Source: Candidatus Latescibacterota bacterium (lineage in GTDB: Bacteria > Latescibacterota > UBA2968 > UBA8231). Taken from it: a stretch of DNA of 64,000 bases. Location of the stretch: positions 4,448,001 to 4,512,000 of the forward strand of contig OZ242005.1 in the NCBI GenBank assembly GCA_965204725.1, in the 5' to 3' direction. The position numbers and the translations under genes are program-made. The notes under the pieces are model-generated. The model ran no database searches. It saw only the letters and a list, made by a program, of their open reading frames with translations, and was not told the origin of the DNA. Shown in pieces: positions 54,617 to 64,000 of this stretch; position 1 is the stretch's first letter, and each line of letters opens with the position of its first letter.

Positions 54617-55663
54617 TCACAACGCCGGCATCTCCACGCCCAGTTCCGCCGCCACTTTGCCGATCTCATTCCAAGTAGGTTGGGGCAAATCGATGCCTTC
54701 GACCAGCAGCCGCGCCCTAGTCTGCTGTTCGAGCTCGCCGGGCGCATAGACTTTCTCAAACCCGGGCAAGGGACGAGCCGAGCACACCCATTGGGCCATC
54801 GCTTCGACTTCGCGCTCGTACGAGTCCACGTCGATAAAGTCTTCGATATTGATCGCTAGGACCATGATTCCGTTGCCGCTGCTGCCGCTGTTTTTGGTGC
54901 AGCCAGCATGCGAGAGCGGCCCCACCAACATTTCTACCATCATGGCCAGTCCGCTGCCCTTGTGGCCAAACTGTAGGCCACCCAACGGCAAGACGCCTGT
55001 GCCCTCGGCGTCGTCTAAATAACGCTGGGCGTCGGTGACCGGCTGGCCTTCCTGATCGATAACCCAACCTTCGGGCATCGGCTCCCCGCGAATATTCTTC
55101 TGCACGATTTTGCCACCGGCCACGACGGTCATGGTCATGTCGAGCATGAAAGGCGGACCATTTTGGCGCGGAGCGGAAAAGGCGATAGGCTCGGGACGCA
55201 GGCGGCGGTCGGCCGAGCCAAAGGGCGATAGGAAGAGGCCGCCGCCATTGAGCCAAACCATGCCGATCATGCCCCTTTCGGCGATCCGCGGCGGATAGTC
55301 GCCGAGCCGGCAGATATGGCTGACGCTATTGAGGCCGACAAAGCCGAAGGTGGCGTTTTGGGCTTTTTCAACGGCAATATCGAGGGCGCGATTGACGGCG
55401 ACGATGCCGTTGGCCCCCTTCCCGTTGACGACCCTGAGCACGGGGGTGTCGCGCACGACTTGGGTCTCTTCCCAGCGGATGTAGTTGTTCTGCATACTGC
55501 GGGCGTAGTTGGGGACTAGCCAAGTGCCGTGGGAATCGTGCCCGTGCAGGTGGCTTTCGACGACGTGGTCGGCGACGATGCGAGCGTCGGCTGCGGGGAT
55601 ACCAGTAGCGGCAAAAATGCGGTAGCAGAGGTCGTTGAGGACGTCGTGTTGGACTACGGGCAT
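54617..55663 (-). CDS. Ldh_2 family (malate/L-lactate/ureidoglycolate-type) oxidoreductase
   Basis: GHDSHG, LDMTMT, LPLGG...HKGSGL, VYAPGE. Confidence 0.9.
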   Translation of the reverse strand: MPVVQHDVLNDLCYRIFAATGIPAADARIVADHVVESHLHGHDSHGTWLVPNYARSMQNNYIRWEETQVVRDTPVLRVVNGKGANGIVAVNRALDIAVEKAQNATFGFVGLNSVSHICRLGDYPPRIAERGMIGMVWLNGGGLFLSPFGSADRRLRPEPIAFSAPRQNGPPFMLDMTMTVVAGGKIVQKNIRGEPMPEGWVIDQEGQPVTDAQRYLDDAEGTGVLPLGGLQFGHKGSGLAMMVEMLVGPLSHAGCTKNSGSSGNGIMVLAINIEDFIDVDSYEREVEAMAQWVCSARPLPGFEKVYAPGELEQQTRARLLVEGIDLPQPTWNEIGKVAAELGVEMPAL

Positions 55664-55691
55664 GAGAGGGATCCTTTGGCTGGGTGCGCTC

Positions 55692-56774
55692 CTAGGAGGT
55701 GTGCATTTCCATTAACTCGGCGAAGTAGCTAAACAGATGGAAGCTGTCGTGCGGCCCGGGCGAGGCCTCCGGGTGGCACTGGATGGAAAAAATGGGGAGT
55801 TCGCGGTGGTGTAGGCCCTCGACGCAATTGTCGTTGAGGTTGAGGCGAGTGATTTCGAGGTCGCTCGGCAGCGAGTCGGCCGCAATGCCCCAGCCGTGGT
55901 TTTCAGCGGTGATCAGGACCCGGCCGCTAGCGCGTTCCTTGATCGGCTGATTGGCCCCGCGGTGCCCGAACTTGAGGCGGTAAATTTCCGCTCCAAAAGC
56001 CAAGCCGAGAATCTCGTGGCCCAAGCAGATGCCGAAGATCGGCTTTTTGCCGATGAGACCCTTGCAAGTCTCTATCGCGTAGTTGAGGGGCCGGGGATCG
56101 CCCGGGCCGTTGGAGAGAAAGACGCCGTGCGGCTCCAAAGCCAAGACTTCGTCCGCCGTGGTTTTGGCCGGCACGACCGTCACTTTGCATCCCGCGGCCA
56201 CCAAGCAGCGGACGATATTGCGCTTGATTCCGTAGTCTAGAGCGACGACGTGGAAGCGCGGAGCTTCGGGGCTTTCGACATAGGGCGCAGAGCAGCTAAC
56301 GGCGGCGACCATGTCCACTCCGGTGAGCCCGGGCCAAGCGCGCGCCTTCTCGACTAAGCTGTCGGGGTCGAGATCGGTGGTGGAAATGGCGGCGTCCATC
56401 ACGCCCTTGGTCCGCACTCTGCGGGTCAACTCGCGGGTGTCGATGCCCTCAATGCCCAAAACGCCGTGCTCGTCGAGGTACTCGGGCAAGCTCTGACGCG
56501 CCCGCCAGCTACTCGGCATACGGCAGCACTCCTTCATCAGGAAGCCGCGGACTTGGGGCCGCGCCGATTCGTCGTCTTCGGGCGCGACCCCGTAATTGCC
56601 TATAAGTGGGTACGTCATGGTGACGATCTGGCCGGCATAGGAGGGGTCCGTGAGAATTTCTTGATAGCCGGTCATGCTGGTATTGAAGACTATCTCACCG
56701 AGGCACTCACCTCCGCGGCCGAGGGCACGGCCCTTAAAGACGGTGCCGTCCTCGAGCGCGACGAGTGCTTTCAT
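55692..56774 (-). CDS. carA: Carbamoyl-phosphate synthase small subunit
   Basis: GEIVFNTSMTGYQEILTDPSY, SNGPGDP, GICLGH, HPEASPGPHD. Confidence 0.97.
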   Translation of the reverse strand: MKALVALEDGTVFKGRALGRGGECLGEIVFNTSMTGYQEILTDPSYAGQIVTMTYPLIGNYGVAPEDDESARPQVRGFLMKECCRMPSSWRARQSLPEYLDEHGVLGIEGIDTRELTRRVRTKGVMDAAISTTDLDPDSLVEKARAWPGLTGVDMVAAVSCSAPYVESPEAPRFHVVALDYGIKRNIVRCLVAAGCKVTVVPAKTTADEVLALEPHGVFLSNGPGDPRPLNYAIETCKGLIGKKPIFGICLGHEILGLAFGAEIYRLKFGHRGANQPIKERASGRVLITAENHGWGIAADSLPSDLEITRLNLNDNCVEGLHHRELPIFSIQCHPEASPGPHDSFHLFSYFAELMEMHTS

Positions 56775-56851
56775 CTCCGTAGATACTCCTTTTGGGCGGG
56801 TTTAATAGTGAATAAAACTTAGACAAAAAAAGACGCGATGGACAGGCAGCC

Positions 56852-57901
56852 TCATTCCGGTGCTGAGTCGGTCAGGTCTTGGCGCTCCTGCCGGGCGCGC
56901 TCCTGCATATCGACGGCCGGATCGAATTCGCCGACGATTTCTTGGCCGACGATTTCTTCAATCACGTCCTCTAGCGTGACGATGCCAGCGAAGCCACCGT
57001 ATTCATCGACGACGGCAAAAAGGTGCTCGCGCCGTTGGATGAACTCTTCGAGCAGGCGGCTGGCGCGCGCGGACTCGGGCACCGCATGGATGGAGCGGCC
57101 CACCTCAAAGAGCTTGGCTCGATCGCGACCATCGGCCAAGGCACTAAACGCATCGCGCCGCAACACTAAGCCGACGATGTTTTCTCGCTTTTCCTGATAC
57201 AGGGGCACCCGGCTGTGGGACCAGCTACCGGACTGCTGGCGGGCTTCGGCCAAGGTCAAATCGCGGTCGAGGCAGTGGACTACTGTGCGAGGGGTCATAA
57301 TATCGCGGGCGCGCAGATCGTCGAGCGTGAGGATGTTTTGGATGATGCGCTCTTGGTCGGGCGATATGGCACCAGAGCGCCGGCTCATCTGCGCGGTAAT
57401 CTCAATCTCTTCCGGTTCCACCATCGGTACGTCTGGTCCCTCAGGGGTGATGAGCCGAACGATGAATTTGTTGAGCCAGATAAAGGGCGCAAGCAGCCAT
57501 ACCAGCCATTGGATCGGGCGGGCAATAAACCGAGCGAGAGCGCGGGCATGCACCACACCCACTGTCTTGGGAAGAATTTCCGTAAAGATGAGTACTGCCA
57601 GCGAGAAGGCGATAGTGAAATACGTCTCTGGGGTCTGCGGAAACACGCCGACAAAGGCGGCCCCGGCGATGGTGGCACCGCCGGTATGAGCCAAGGTATT
57701 CAGCGTGAGGATGGCCGAGATGGGGCGCTGGATATCCGCGTGCAAGCGCTTGAGGATCTTGCCCGAAGTACGCCCTTGGCCGGCCAGCATTTCGATCTGA
57801 CTGGCGGGCAGCGAGTAGAGCGCGGCTTCCAAGAGCGAACAAATACAGGATACGACGAGGACGGTGCTGACCGCTAGGATCAACTCGGAGTAAGGGGACA
57901 T
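56852..57901 (-). CDS. CNNM (DUF21)/CBS domain hemolysin-family protein
   Basis: CSLLEAAL, EILPKT, IMTPR, HSRVP, VVDEYGG..GIVTLEDVIEEIVG. Confidence 0.92.
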   Translation of the reverse strand: MSPYSELILAVSTVLVVSCICSLLEAALYSLPASQIEMLAGQGRTSGKILKRLHADIQRPISAILTLNTLAHTGGATIAGAAFVGVFPQTPETYFTIAFSLAVLIFTEILPKTVGVVHARALARFIARPIQWLVWLLAPFIWLNKFIVRLITPEGPDVPMVEPEEIEITAQMSRRSGAISPDQERIIQNILTLDDLRARDIMTPRTVVHCLDRDLTLAEARQQSGSWSHSRVPLYQEKRENIVGLVLRRDAFSALADGRDRAKLFEVGRSIHAVPESARASRLLEEFIQRREHLFAVVDEYGGFAGIVTLEDVIEEIVGQEIVGEFDPAVDMQERARQERQDLTDSAPE

Positions 57902-57987
57902 AGACGCGAGGGCAATTTTACAAAGAGAGAGACTCCCGGCTGGGAATCCCTCTCCAATGGTACTGATGACGTCTTGCTCAGGAGTAC

Positions 57988-58398
57988 CTATTCCATGTGC
58001 TGGTTGACCTGTTTGGTCAGCTCAAACATACTCACTCGCTTCGCGCCACCTAAGACGGCCTGGAGTTTGTCGTCGGCGTTGATCATGCGCTTGTCTTGCT
58101 CGTCTTGCAGGCCATTCTTCTTGATATACGCCCAGATTTTCTTGGTAACCTGAGTGCGCGGCAACGGCTTGTTGCCGACTATGGCCCCGAGCGCGGCGTC
58201 GGGCTGCAAGGGCCTCATAAAGGCGGGATTGGGCTTGCGCTTCGCCTTCTTCTTGGCGGCGGGTTTCTTGGCAACAGCCTTCTTAGGAGTGGCCTTCTTG
58301 GCAACAGCCTTCTTGGCACTAGCCTTCTTGGGCGCGGATTTCTTGGCAGCGGCCTTCTTGGCACTAGCCTTCTTCGCAGCAGGTTTTTTCTTAGCCAT
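57988..58398 (-). CDS. SWIB/MDM2 domain protein with histone-H1-like Lys/Ala-rich N-terminus
   Basis: AKKA repeats; RTQVTKKIWAYIKKNGLQD...INADDKL...SMFEL; RBS aaaggag. Confidence 0.9.
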   Translation of the reverse strand: MAKKKPAAKKASAKKAAAKKSAPKKASAKKAVAKKATPKKAVAKKPAAKKKAKRKPNPAFMRPLQPDAALGAIVGNKPLPRTQVTKKIWAYIKKNGLQDEQDKRMINADDKLQAVLGGAKRVSMFELTKQVNQHME

Positions 58399-58695
58399 CA
58401 AAATTCTCCTTTGGCTGATGGGGTAACACCTACGAGAGGGGGTTGAAAATTCGGCTTCTCGGCCTCTTTCGCCTCGTGAATTAAAGCCAATTTTACCCGT
58501 TTTGTGAAGCTGCAATAACTATCTTTCCAATATAGTACAAGGGCAGTATAAGTCAAGCAAAAATGTAGCTTTTTCATAGGAGAAAAAGGAGAAAACGCTC
58601 TCGCTATGGGCGTTTGACATAATTTACTAAAACAGTCATTTTAATTTTGCGATTGGGATTTGTCGTATTTCGCGGGTCTAACGGGTCTAAAATTG

Positions 58696-59502
58696 ATGAT
58701 CGCAAAGAGCAAATTGGGTTTTGTGGGCACCGGCAACATGGGGCGGGCACTGATTGAAGGTCTGGTCGGCCAGCTTCCTTCAGGTCAGATAACCGCGGCC
58801 GACATCCGGCCAGAAGCACTCGAAGGCTTGGCGGCTTTGGGCGTACGCACTAGCACCGACTCCGCAGATGCGGTTCGCGGCCAAGACTTGGTCGTTTTAG
58901 TGCTCAAGCCGCAAGCGGCTGCTCCCGTATTGAAGGGGCTAGCCGCTCATTTTAGTCCCCAGCAGGTCGTCGTCTCGCTCATGGCCGGCGTATCGACCGC
59001 CCGGCTCGAAGCGCTACTGCCCGCGCAAACGCCCGTGGTGCGCGTCATGCCGCAGACCCTAGTGAAGATCAAGGGGGCGGCTTGCGCCCTCTGCGCCGGT
59101 CGCGCTGCCAGCGCGGAGCAGGTAGGCCAAGTGCGGTCTCTCTTCGACTTGGTCGGCACGACGGTCGAGGTCGCCGAAAATCTCATGGACGCGGTTACTG
59201 GGCTTTCCGGCAGCGGCCCCGCTTGGGCTTACACGGTCGTCGAGGCGCTCACCGACGGGGGCGTATGCGCCGGCCTGCCGCGCGAAACCGCCTTAAAGCT
59301 GGCCGCGCAAACTCTGCTCGGGGCCGCCCGCCTCGTGCTCGAAGGGGGCGCGCATCCGGCCGTGCTCAGAGACCAAGTTACCTCGCCGGGCGGGACTACG
59401 GCCGCCGGGTTGCACAAGCTAGAAGAAAAGGGCCTGCGCGACGCCCTGATCAGCGCCGTGCTCGCCGCGGCCGCGCGCTCGGCCGAGCTGGGGCAGTCGT
59501 GA
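58696..59502 (+). CDS. proC: Pyrroline-5-carboxylate reductase
   Basis: GFVGTGNMG, VRVMP, TGLSGSGPA, VTSPGGTT. Confidence 0.95.
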   Translation: MIAKSKLGFVGTGNMGRALIEGLVGQLPSGQITAADIRPEALEGLAALGVRTSTDSADAVRGQDLVVLVLKPQAAAPVLKGLAAHFSPQQVVVSLMAGVSTARLEALLPAQTPVVRVMPQTLVKIKGAACALCAGRAASAEQVGQVRSLFDLVGTTVEVAENLMDAVTGLSGSGPAWAYTVVEALTDGGVCAGLPRETALKLAAQTLLGAARLVLEGGAHPAVLRDQVTSPGGTTAAGLHKLEEKGLRDALISAVLAAAARSAELGQS

Positions 59503-60101
59503 TTGCAGTCATCGACTACGGCATGGGGAATTTGCGGAGTGTGCAGAAAGCCTTTGAATTTCTCGGCTATGACGCCGAGGTCGTCGAAGCCCCCGAGTGC
59601 CTAAACGCGGCCACCCATCTCGTGTTGCCCGGCGACGCGGCCTTTGGCGATGCCATGCACAACTTGCAAACGGCCGGTTGGGACGCGGCCATTGCGCAAG
59701 GTCTCGCGGCCGGCAAGCCCTTCTTAGGTATCTGCGTGGGGTTACAGCTCATGTTCGAGGAAAGCGAGGAAATGGGAAGGCATCGCGGCCTCGGAATCCT
59801 GCCGGGCGCATGCGTCCGGTTCCCTCCCACCGAGCGGGTGCCGCACATCGGCTGGAACCAAATCGCCATCAAGCGCAAGGTCTCGCTCTTAGAGGGCATC
59901 CCCGAAGGGAGTTTTTTTTACTTTGTGCATTCCTACTACGTGGTAGCCGCAAACAAAGACGATTGCGTCGCCACGACCGACTACGGGATTGACTACACCT
60001 CAATCGCCGGAAACGGTCGCGTCTTTGGCGTACAATTTCATCCAGAAAAAAGCCAAACCTACGGCCTGCGCCTGCTCGACAACTTTGCGCGTCTGCGCTG
60101 A
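59499..60101 (+). CDS. hisH: Imidazole glycerol phosphate synthase glutaminase subunit
   Basis: IDYGMGNL.SV, GICVGLQ, PHIGWN, YFVHSY, QFHPEKS; GTG overlaps the proC stop. Confidence 0.96.
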   Translation: MIAVIDYGMGNLRSVQKAFEFLGYDAEVVEAPECLNAATHLVLPGDAAFGDAMHNLQTAGWDAAIAQGLAAGKPFLGICVGLQLMFEESEEMGRHRGLGILPGACVRFPPTERVPHIGWNQIAIKRKVSLLEGIPEGSFFYFVHSYYVVAANKDDCVATTDYGIDYTSIAGNGRVFGVQFHPEKSQTYGLRLLDNFARLR

Positions 60102-60104
60102 AAT

Positions 60105-60878
60105 ATGCTCGCCAAGCGAATCATTCCCTGTCTAGATGTCAAAAACGGCCGCAACGTGCGCGGGGTGCGCTTTTCGGCTGACCGCGACGCCGGCGACCCC
60201 GTCGAGCTAGCCACGCGCTACGACGCCGAAGGCGCAGACGAGCTCGTCTTCTACGACATCACGGCTTCGGCCGATGGTCGCGCCATCGTCATGGACCTCG
60301 TGCGCCAAGTCTCCGAGCGGGTCTTTATTCCCCTGATGGTCGGCGGCGGCATTCGCACCCTCGCAGACGTGCGCCACATTCTCAAGACCGGGGCCGACAA
60401 GATCTCGATCAACTCGGCCCATGTATATTCGCCGGAAATCATCAACCAAAGTGCGGAGAGCTTCGGCTCGCAGTGCATCGTCGCGGCGATCGACGCGCTC
60501 AGGCGGCCGACCGCGCCCGACGAGCCGCCAGCGTGGGAGCTATACATCAACGGCGGGCGCAAAGCCACCGGCATCGATGCCCTAGAGTGGGTGGAGGCTC
60601 TCGTCGATCGCGGGGCGGGCGAGTTGGTGCTCAACAGCATCGACGCCGACGGGACGCGCACTGGGTACGACCTCGCACTAAACCGCGCAGTGGCGCGCCG
60701 CGTAGATGTGCCCATTGTCGCCTCGGGCGGCGCCGGCAACCTTGAGCACATCCACGAGGTCCTGACCACGGGCGAGGCCAGCGCCGCGCTGGCGGCCTCC
60801 ATCTTCCACTTCGAGCAGTACTCGATTCCCCAAGTCAAGCACTTCCTGCGCGAGCGCGGGGTGATGGTGCGCCCGTGA
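60105..60878 (+). CDS. hisF: Imidazole glycerol phosphate synthase cyclase subunit
   Basis: [45 protein letters not shown]. Confidence 0.97.
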   Translation: MLAKRIIPCLDVKNGRNVRGVRFSADRDAGDPVELATRYDAEGADELVFYDITASADGRAIVMDLVRQVSERVFIPLMVGGGIRTLADVRHILKTGADKISINSAHVYSPEIINQSAESFGSQCIVAAIDALRRPTAPDEPPAWELYINGGRKATGIDALEWVEALVDRGAGELVLNSIDADGTRTGYDLALNRAVARRVDVPIVASGGAGNLEHIHEVLTTGEASAALAASIFHFEQYSIPQVKHFLRERGVMVRP

Positions 60879-62020
60879 CCAAGGCAAGCGAAGTGCCGCG
60901 ACAGGCACTGATGAGCAAGGTGCAGCGGCTGGTCGTCAAAATTGGTAGCAGCACCCTGACCACGCAGAGCCACAAGCTCGACGATGAGGTCGTCACCCAG
61001 CTCGTCGAAGATGTAAGCGAGTTGCGCTCACAGGGATTGGAGGTGGCGATCGTCACCTCGGGAGCGGTGGCCGCGGGCATGGGGCGGATGGAATTGACCA
61101 AACGCCCGGACGACATCGCCCAACTGCAAGCCCTCGCGGCCATCGGCCAAGTCCTGTTGATGGATAGGTACAAGGACCAGTTCCACCGCCGCGGCGTACC
61201 GGTCGGCCAAGTGCTCTTAACCGCCGAGGATATCCTCGGCGACCGCCATCGCTACGTAAATCTCGAAAACACCTTTCGCAACCTCTTTGCTTATGGGGCC
61301 GTGCCCCTAATCAATGAAAACGATAGCGTCGCCGTGGCCGAGCTCCGGCGGCAGCTCGGGGAAAACGACATGCTCGCCGCTTATGTGACCAACCTGATCC
61401 GGGCGGATATGCTGGTCATTTTCTCGGATGTCGAGGGGCTTTACCCCGCCTTCGGTCCGCACGGCCCCGAAGGCACCCTCGTCAATCAAGTGACCCCAGA
61501 CAGCCTCGACCTAGAGGGGATGATTGGCCGTTCACTCAACGGCCGCGGCCGGGGCGGCATGGCAACCAAACTACGGGCCGCACGGCTCTTGATGACCTGC
61601 GGCGAAATGGCGGTCATCGCGCACGGGCGCAAGCACCGATTGCGCCACATTCTTGCGGGCCGCGAGCAAGGGACGCTCTTTCTGCCAACCGGCCCCAAGC
61701 TCAACAGCCGGCATCGCTGGATCGGCTTTGCCAGCCAGTGCCGGGGCAGCGCGGTGATCGACCGAGGTGCCCAACGCGCCATCGCCGAGCAAGACAAGAG
61801 TCTGCTCCCGGTGGGAGTCGTCGCCTGCGAGGGCGAGTTTGCCGCCGGCGACGTGGTGCAGGTAATCGGCAAGCACGGCGAGAAGTTGGGGCGGGGCTTG
61901 TGCCGTTACTCCTCCTCTGATTTACGCCGCATCCTGGGCCTGAGCTCGCCCGAAGTCGCAAGCGCGCTGGGGCACCCCGCCCGAGCGGTCATCCACCGCG
62001 ACGACCTCGTCTTATTCTAA
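60875..62020 (+). CDS. proB: Glutamate 5-kinase
   Basis: [33 protein letters not shown] domain ending IHRDDLV. Confidence 0.96.
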   Translation: MTKASEVPRQALMSKVQRLVVKIGSSTLTTQSHKLDDEVVTQLVEDVSELRSQGLEVAIVTSGAVAAGMGRMELTKRPDDIAQLQALAAIGQVLLMDRYKDQFHRRGVPVGQVLLTAEDILGDRHRYVNLENTFRNLFAYGAVPLINENDSVAVAELRRQLGENDMLAAYVTNLIRADMLVIFSDVEGLYPAFGPHGPEGTLVNQVTPDSLDLEGMIGRSLNGRGRGGMATKLRAARLLMTCGEMAVIAHGRKHRLRHILAGREQGTLFLPTGPKLNSRHRWIGFASQCRGSAVIDRGAQRAIAEQDKSLLPVGVVACEGEFAAGDVVQVIGKHGEKLGRGLCRYSSSDLRRILGLSSPEVASALGHPARAVIHRDDLVLF

Positions 62021-62029
62021 AAACCGACC

Positions 62030-62311
62030 GTGACTAAAACGGCCAAGATCTTGCTAATCGCCTTCTTCGCTTTGGTGGCTTACGTGGCCTTTGGCAATGG
62101 GCTGTTCTACAAGGTGTGGCAGGAAGAGAAAACCCTAACGGAACTCGAAGTGCAGGTGCAACAACTAGAAGCCGAAACCGACAGCTTGCGCCGAGTGCTA
62201 AAGCTACTCAAGGGCGACCTTGACTTCATTGAAAGGGTCGCGCGCGAAGAGCTCGGCTTGGTCAAACCGGGCGAGGTGGTCATTCCCCTGCCGGCGGAAG
62301 AGAGCGATTAA
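62030..62311 (+). CDS. ftsB: Septum formation initiator (FtsB/DivIC family)
   Basis: TM-FG.NG-coiled coil-IERVAREELGLVKPGE. Confidence 0.85.
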   Translation: MTKTAKILLIAFFALVAYVAFGNGLFYKVWQEEKTLTELEVQVQQLEAETDSLRRVLKLLKGDLDFIERVAREELGLVKPGEVVIPLPAEESD

Positions 62312-62315
62312 CTCA

Positions 62316-63083
62316 ATGCCGCGCACCATCGTCAAAACGCACGCCATCGTGCTGCGCACCATGCGCCTCGGCGAGACCAGTAGCCTCGTGACGTTATACG
62401 CTCAGGAGTGCGGCAAACTCAAGGCCATGGCCCGAGGTGCCCGCAAGCCCAAGAGCCGGTTCGGCGCCGCGCTCGGCTTGATGACCGAGGTGCAAGCCGT
62501 CTGCTACATCAAAGAAACCCGCGATCTGCAAACCCTGAGCGAATGCACCCTGCTCAAGCCAGCCCCCGATTTATCGCAAAGCCTAGAGCGGCTTTCCTTT
62601 GGCAGCGCCGCCTGCGAGTTGGTCGATCGCCTGACGATCGAAGGCGAGGGCAACCCCCGGCTCTACCAGTGCCTATCTGGGGTATTGCGCGGCCTTGCTG
62701 AAGTAGAGTCCGAGCAAGTCGAATCCCTGTTCTGGTACTTCCAGTTGCGCGCCGCGGCGGCCCTCGGCTACCGCCCGGAGCTGCGCCAGTGCATTACCTG
62801 CCAACGCGCACTAGGCGGTCCCTCGGCGTGGTTCAGCGCGGCCCTAGGGGGCAGCCTGTGCGCCGCCTGTGGGCCTGGGCACGGCATGCGTCTAGCCGAG
62901 CACAACTTGCGCTTTCTCGCCGCCCTCCAAGGGCTTAGGACCTACAGCAAGGAAGCACTCCCCCAAGCCCCTTCCCAGCGCGGCGAGATCCGCATGGCGT
63001 TGCGCGGCTTTCTAGAGTACCACGGCGGCGAGCACAGCCGGCTCAAATCGCTCGATTTTCTCGATGGCCTCCATAGTCAATAG
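62316..63083 (+). CDS. recO: DNA repair protein RecO
   Basis: AIVLR...GE..., GK...ARGARKPKSRF, LGYRPEL..C..C...C..C. Confidence 0.93.
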   Translation: MPRTIVKTHAIVLRTMRLGETSSLVTLYAQECGKLKAMARGARKPKSRFGAALGLMTEVQAVCYIKETRDLQTLSECTLLKPAPDLSQSLERLSFGSAACELVDRLTIEGEGNPRLYQCLSGVLRGLAEVESEQVESLFWYFQLRAAAALGYRPELRQCITCQRALGGPSAWFSAALGGSLCAACGPGHGMRLAEHNLRFLAALQGLRTYSKEALPQAPSQRGEIRMALRGFLEYHGGEHSRLKSLDFLDGLHSQ

Positions 63084-63119
63084 ATCGGCCCTACCTACCT
63101 AAACGTACTGGAGAGTTTC

Positions 63120-64000
63120 ATGTCCGACGACGCAATGGAAAAACTAGTATCCCTGTGCAAGCGCAAAGGCTTCATCTTTCAAAGCTCGGAAATCTACGGC
63201 GGCCTCAACGGCTGCTGGGACTACGGCCCTTTGGGCGTCGAGTTGTTGCGCAACATCAAAGAGGCTTGGTGGAAGGCCATGACCTACCGAGAGGACATCG
63301 AGGGCCTCGACGCCAGCATCCTCATGAATCAGCGGGTGTGGGAGGCATCGGGCCACGTCGCCAGCTTTACCGACCCCATGGTCGAAGATCGCAAGACCAA
63401 CGAGCGCTTCCGGCTCGATCAGCTCCTCGAAGAAAACGGCCTCGACGTAGCCGGCCTGAGCGCCGAGGAGATGGAGACGCTGCTGCGCGAGCGCGACATC
63501 AAAAGCCCCAAGGGCAACGAATTGAGCGACCCGCGGCAATTCAACCTAATGTTCAAAACCTTCGTCGGCCCGCTCGAAGACGACAGCGCACGGGTCTTTC
63601 TCCGCCCAGAGACCGCGCAGGGCATCTTCGTCAACTACCTCAACGTGCAGGCCGCGGCGCGCCAGAAGTTGCCCTTTGGCATCGCCCAAATCGGCAAGGC
63701 ATTCCGCAACGAGATCAACACGAAGAACTTTCTCTTCCGCACTCGGGAATTCGAGCAGATGGAGATGCAGTACTTCGTCGCGCCGGGCACACAAGACGAG
63801 TGGTTCAATTATTGGCGCGAGGAACGCTGGAAGTGGTTTGGGCAAATCGGCCTGCCCGAGCGCAAGCTGAGCTGGCACGAACACCAAGGCGACGAACTGG
63901 CCCACTATGCCCGCGCCGCCTTCGACATCCAGTACGAGTTTCCCTTTGGCCGCGGCGAGATCGAGGGCATCCACAATCGCGGCGACTACGACCTGTCGCA
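63120..64000 (+). CDS. glyQS: Glycine--tRNA ligase (alpha2 type), 3'-truncated by window edge; missing from the ORF track
   Basis: MSDDAMEKLVSLCKRKGFIFQSSEIYGGLNGCWDYGPLG, FNLMFKT, LRPETAQGIF, AQIGKAFRNEI, FRTREFEQMEM. Confidence 0.96.
   Translation, partial: MSDDAMEKLVSLCKRKGFIFQSSEIYGGLNGCWDYGPLGVELLRNIKEAWWKAMTYREDIEGLDASILMNQRVWEASGHVASFTDPMVEDRKTNERFRLDQLLEENGLDVAGLSAEEMETLLRERDIKSPKGNELSDPRQFNLMFKTFVGPLEDDSARVFLRPETAQGIFVNYLNVQAAARQKLPFGIAQIGKAFRNEINTKNFLFRTREFEQMEMQYFVAPGTQDEWFNYWREERWKWFGQIGLPERKLSWHEHQGDELAHYARAAFDIQYEFPFGRGEIEGIHNRGDYDLS

Noticed and set aside
63144-63974. Minus-strand ORFs at the right end
   Set aside because: They are antisense to the plus-strand glycyl-tRNA synthetase that runs off the window.

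Overview
GC-rich bacterial chromosomal window. FlgD-Ig/T9SS-like C-terminal tails, a TonB-dependent receptor with a DUF4249-type lipoprotein, an alpha2-type GlyRS and ankyrin proteins suggest an FCB-group organism such as Latescibacterota/Gemmatimonadota, possibly host-associated (inference only). Layout: three tandem Ig/Calx-beta-like surface proteins (1-8724); a REP-bracketed Rpn nuclease gene; a GldA/F/G-like ABC operon; miscellaneous enzymes; the TonB receptor pair; a polysaccharide islet; a 2.3-kb inverted-repeat-bounded cassette (Rpn plus IS110 relic); a 12-kb phospho-signalling locus; a PIN toxin-antitoxin pair; then housekeeping genes (PPK2-family, aroC, carA, proC, hisH, hisF, proB, ftsB, recO, glyQS). 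Two observations stand out. (1) An orphan CRISPR-like repeat-spacer-repeat unit at 26074-26181 whose 34-bp spacer exactly matches 2743-2776 inside the 1335-aa surface protein gene, with no cas gene in the window. (2) The 36-48 kb locus, which couples three mosaic Ser/Thr kinases with swapped C-termini, PP2C, FHA proteins, an active plus a catalytically dead membrane-anchored S1 protease-FHA pair, and a MotA/ExbB-like subunit with an Asp-TM-vWA partner. Several MITE/REP families (filled and empty sites both visible) and Rpn internal-antitoxin signals are also documented. All calls come from reading the sequence; no database search was run.
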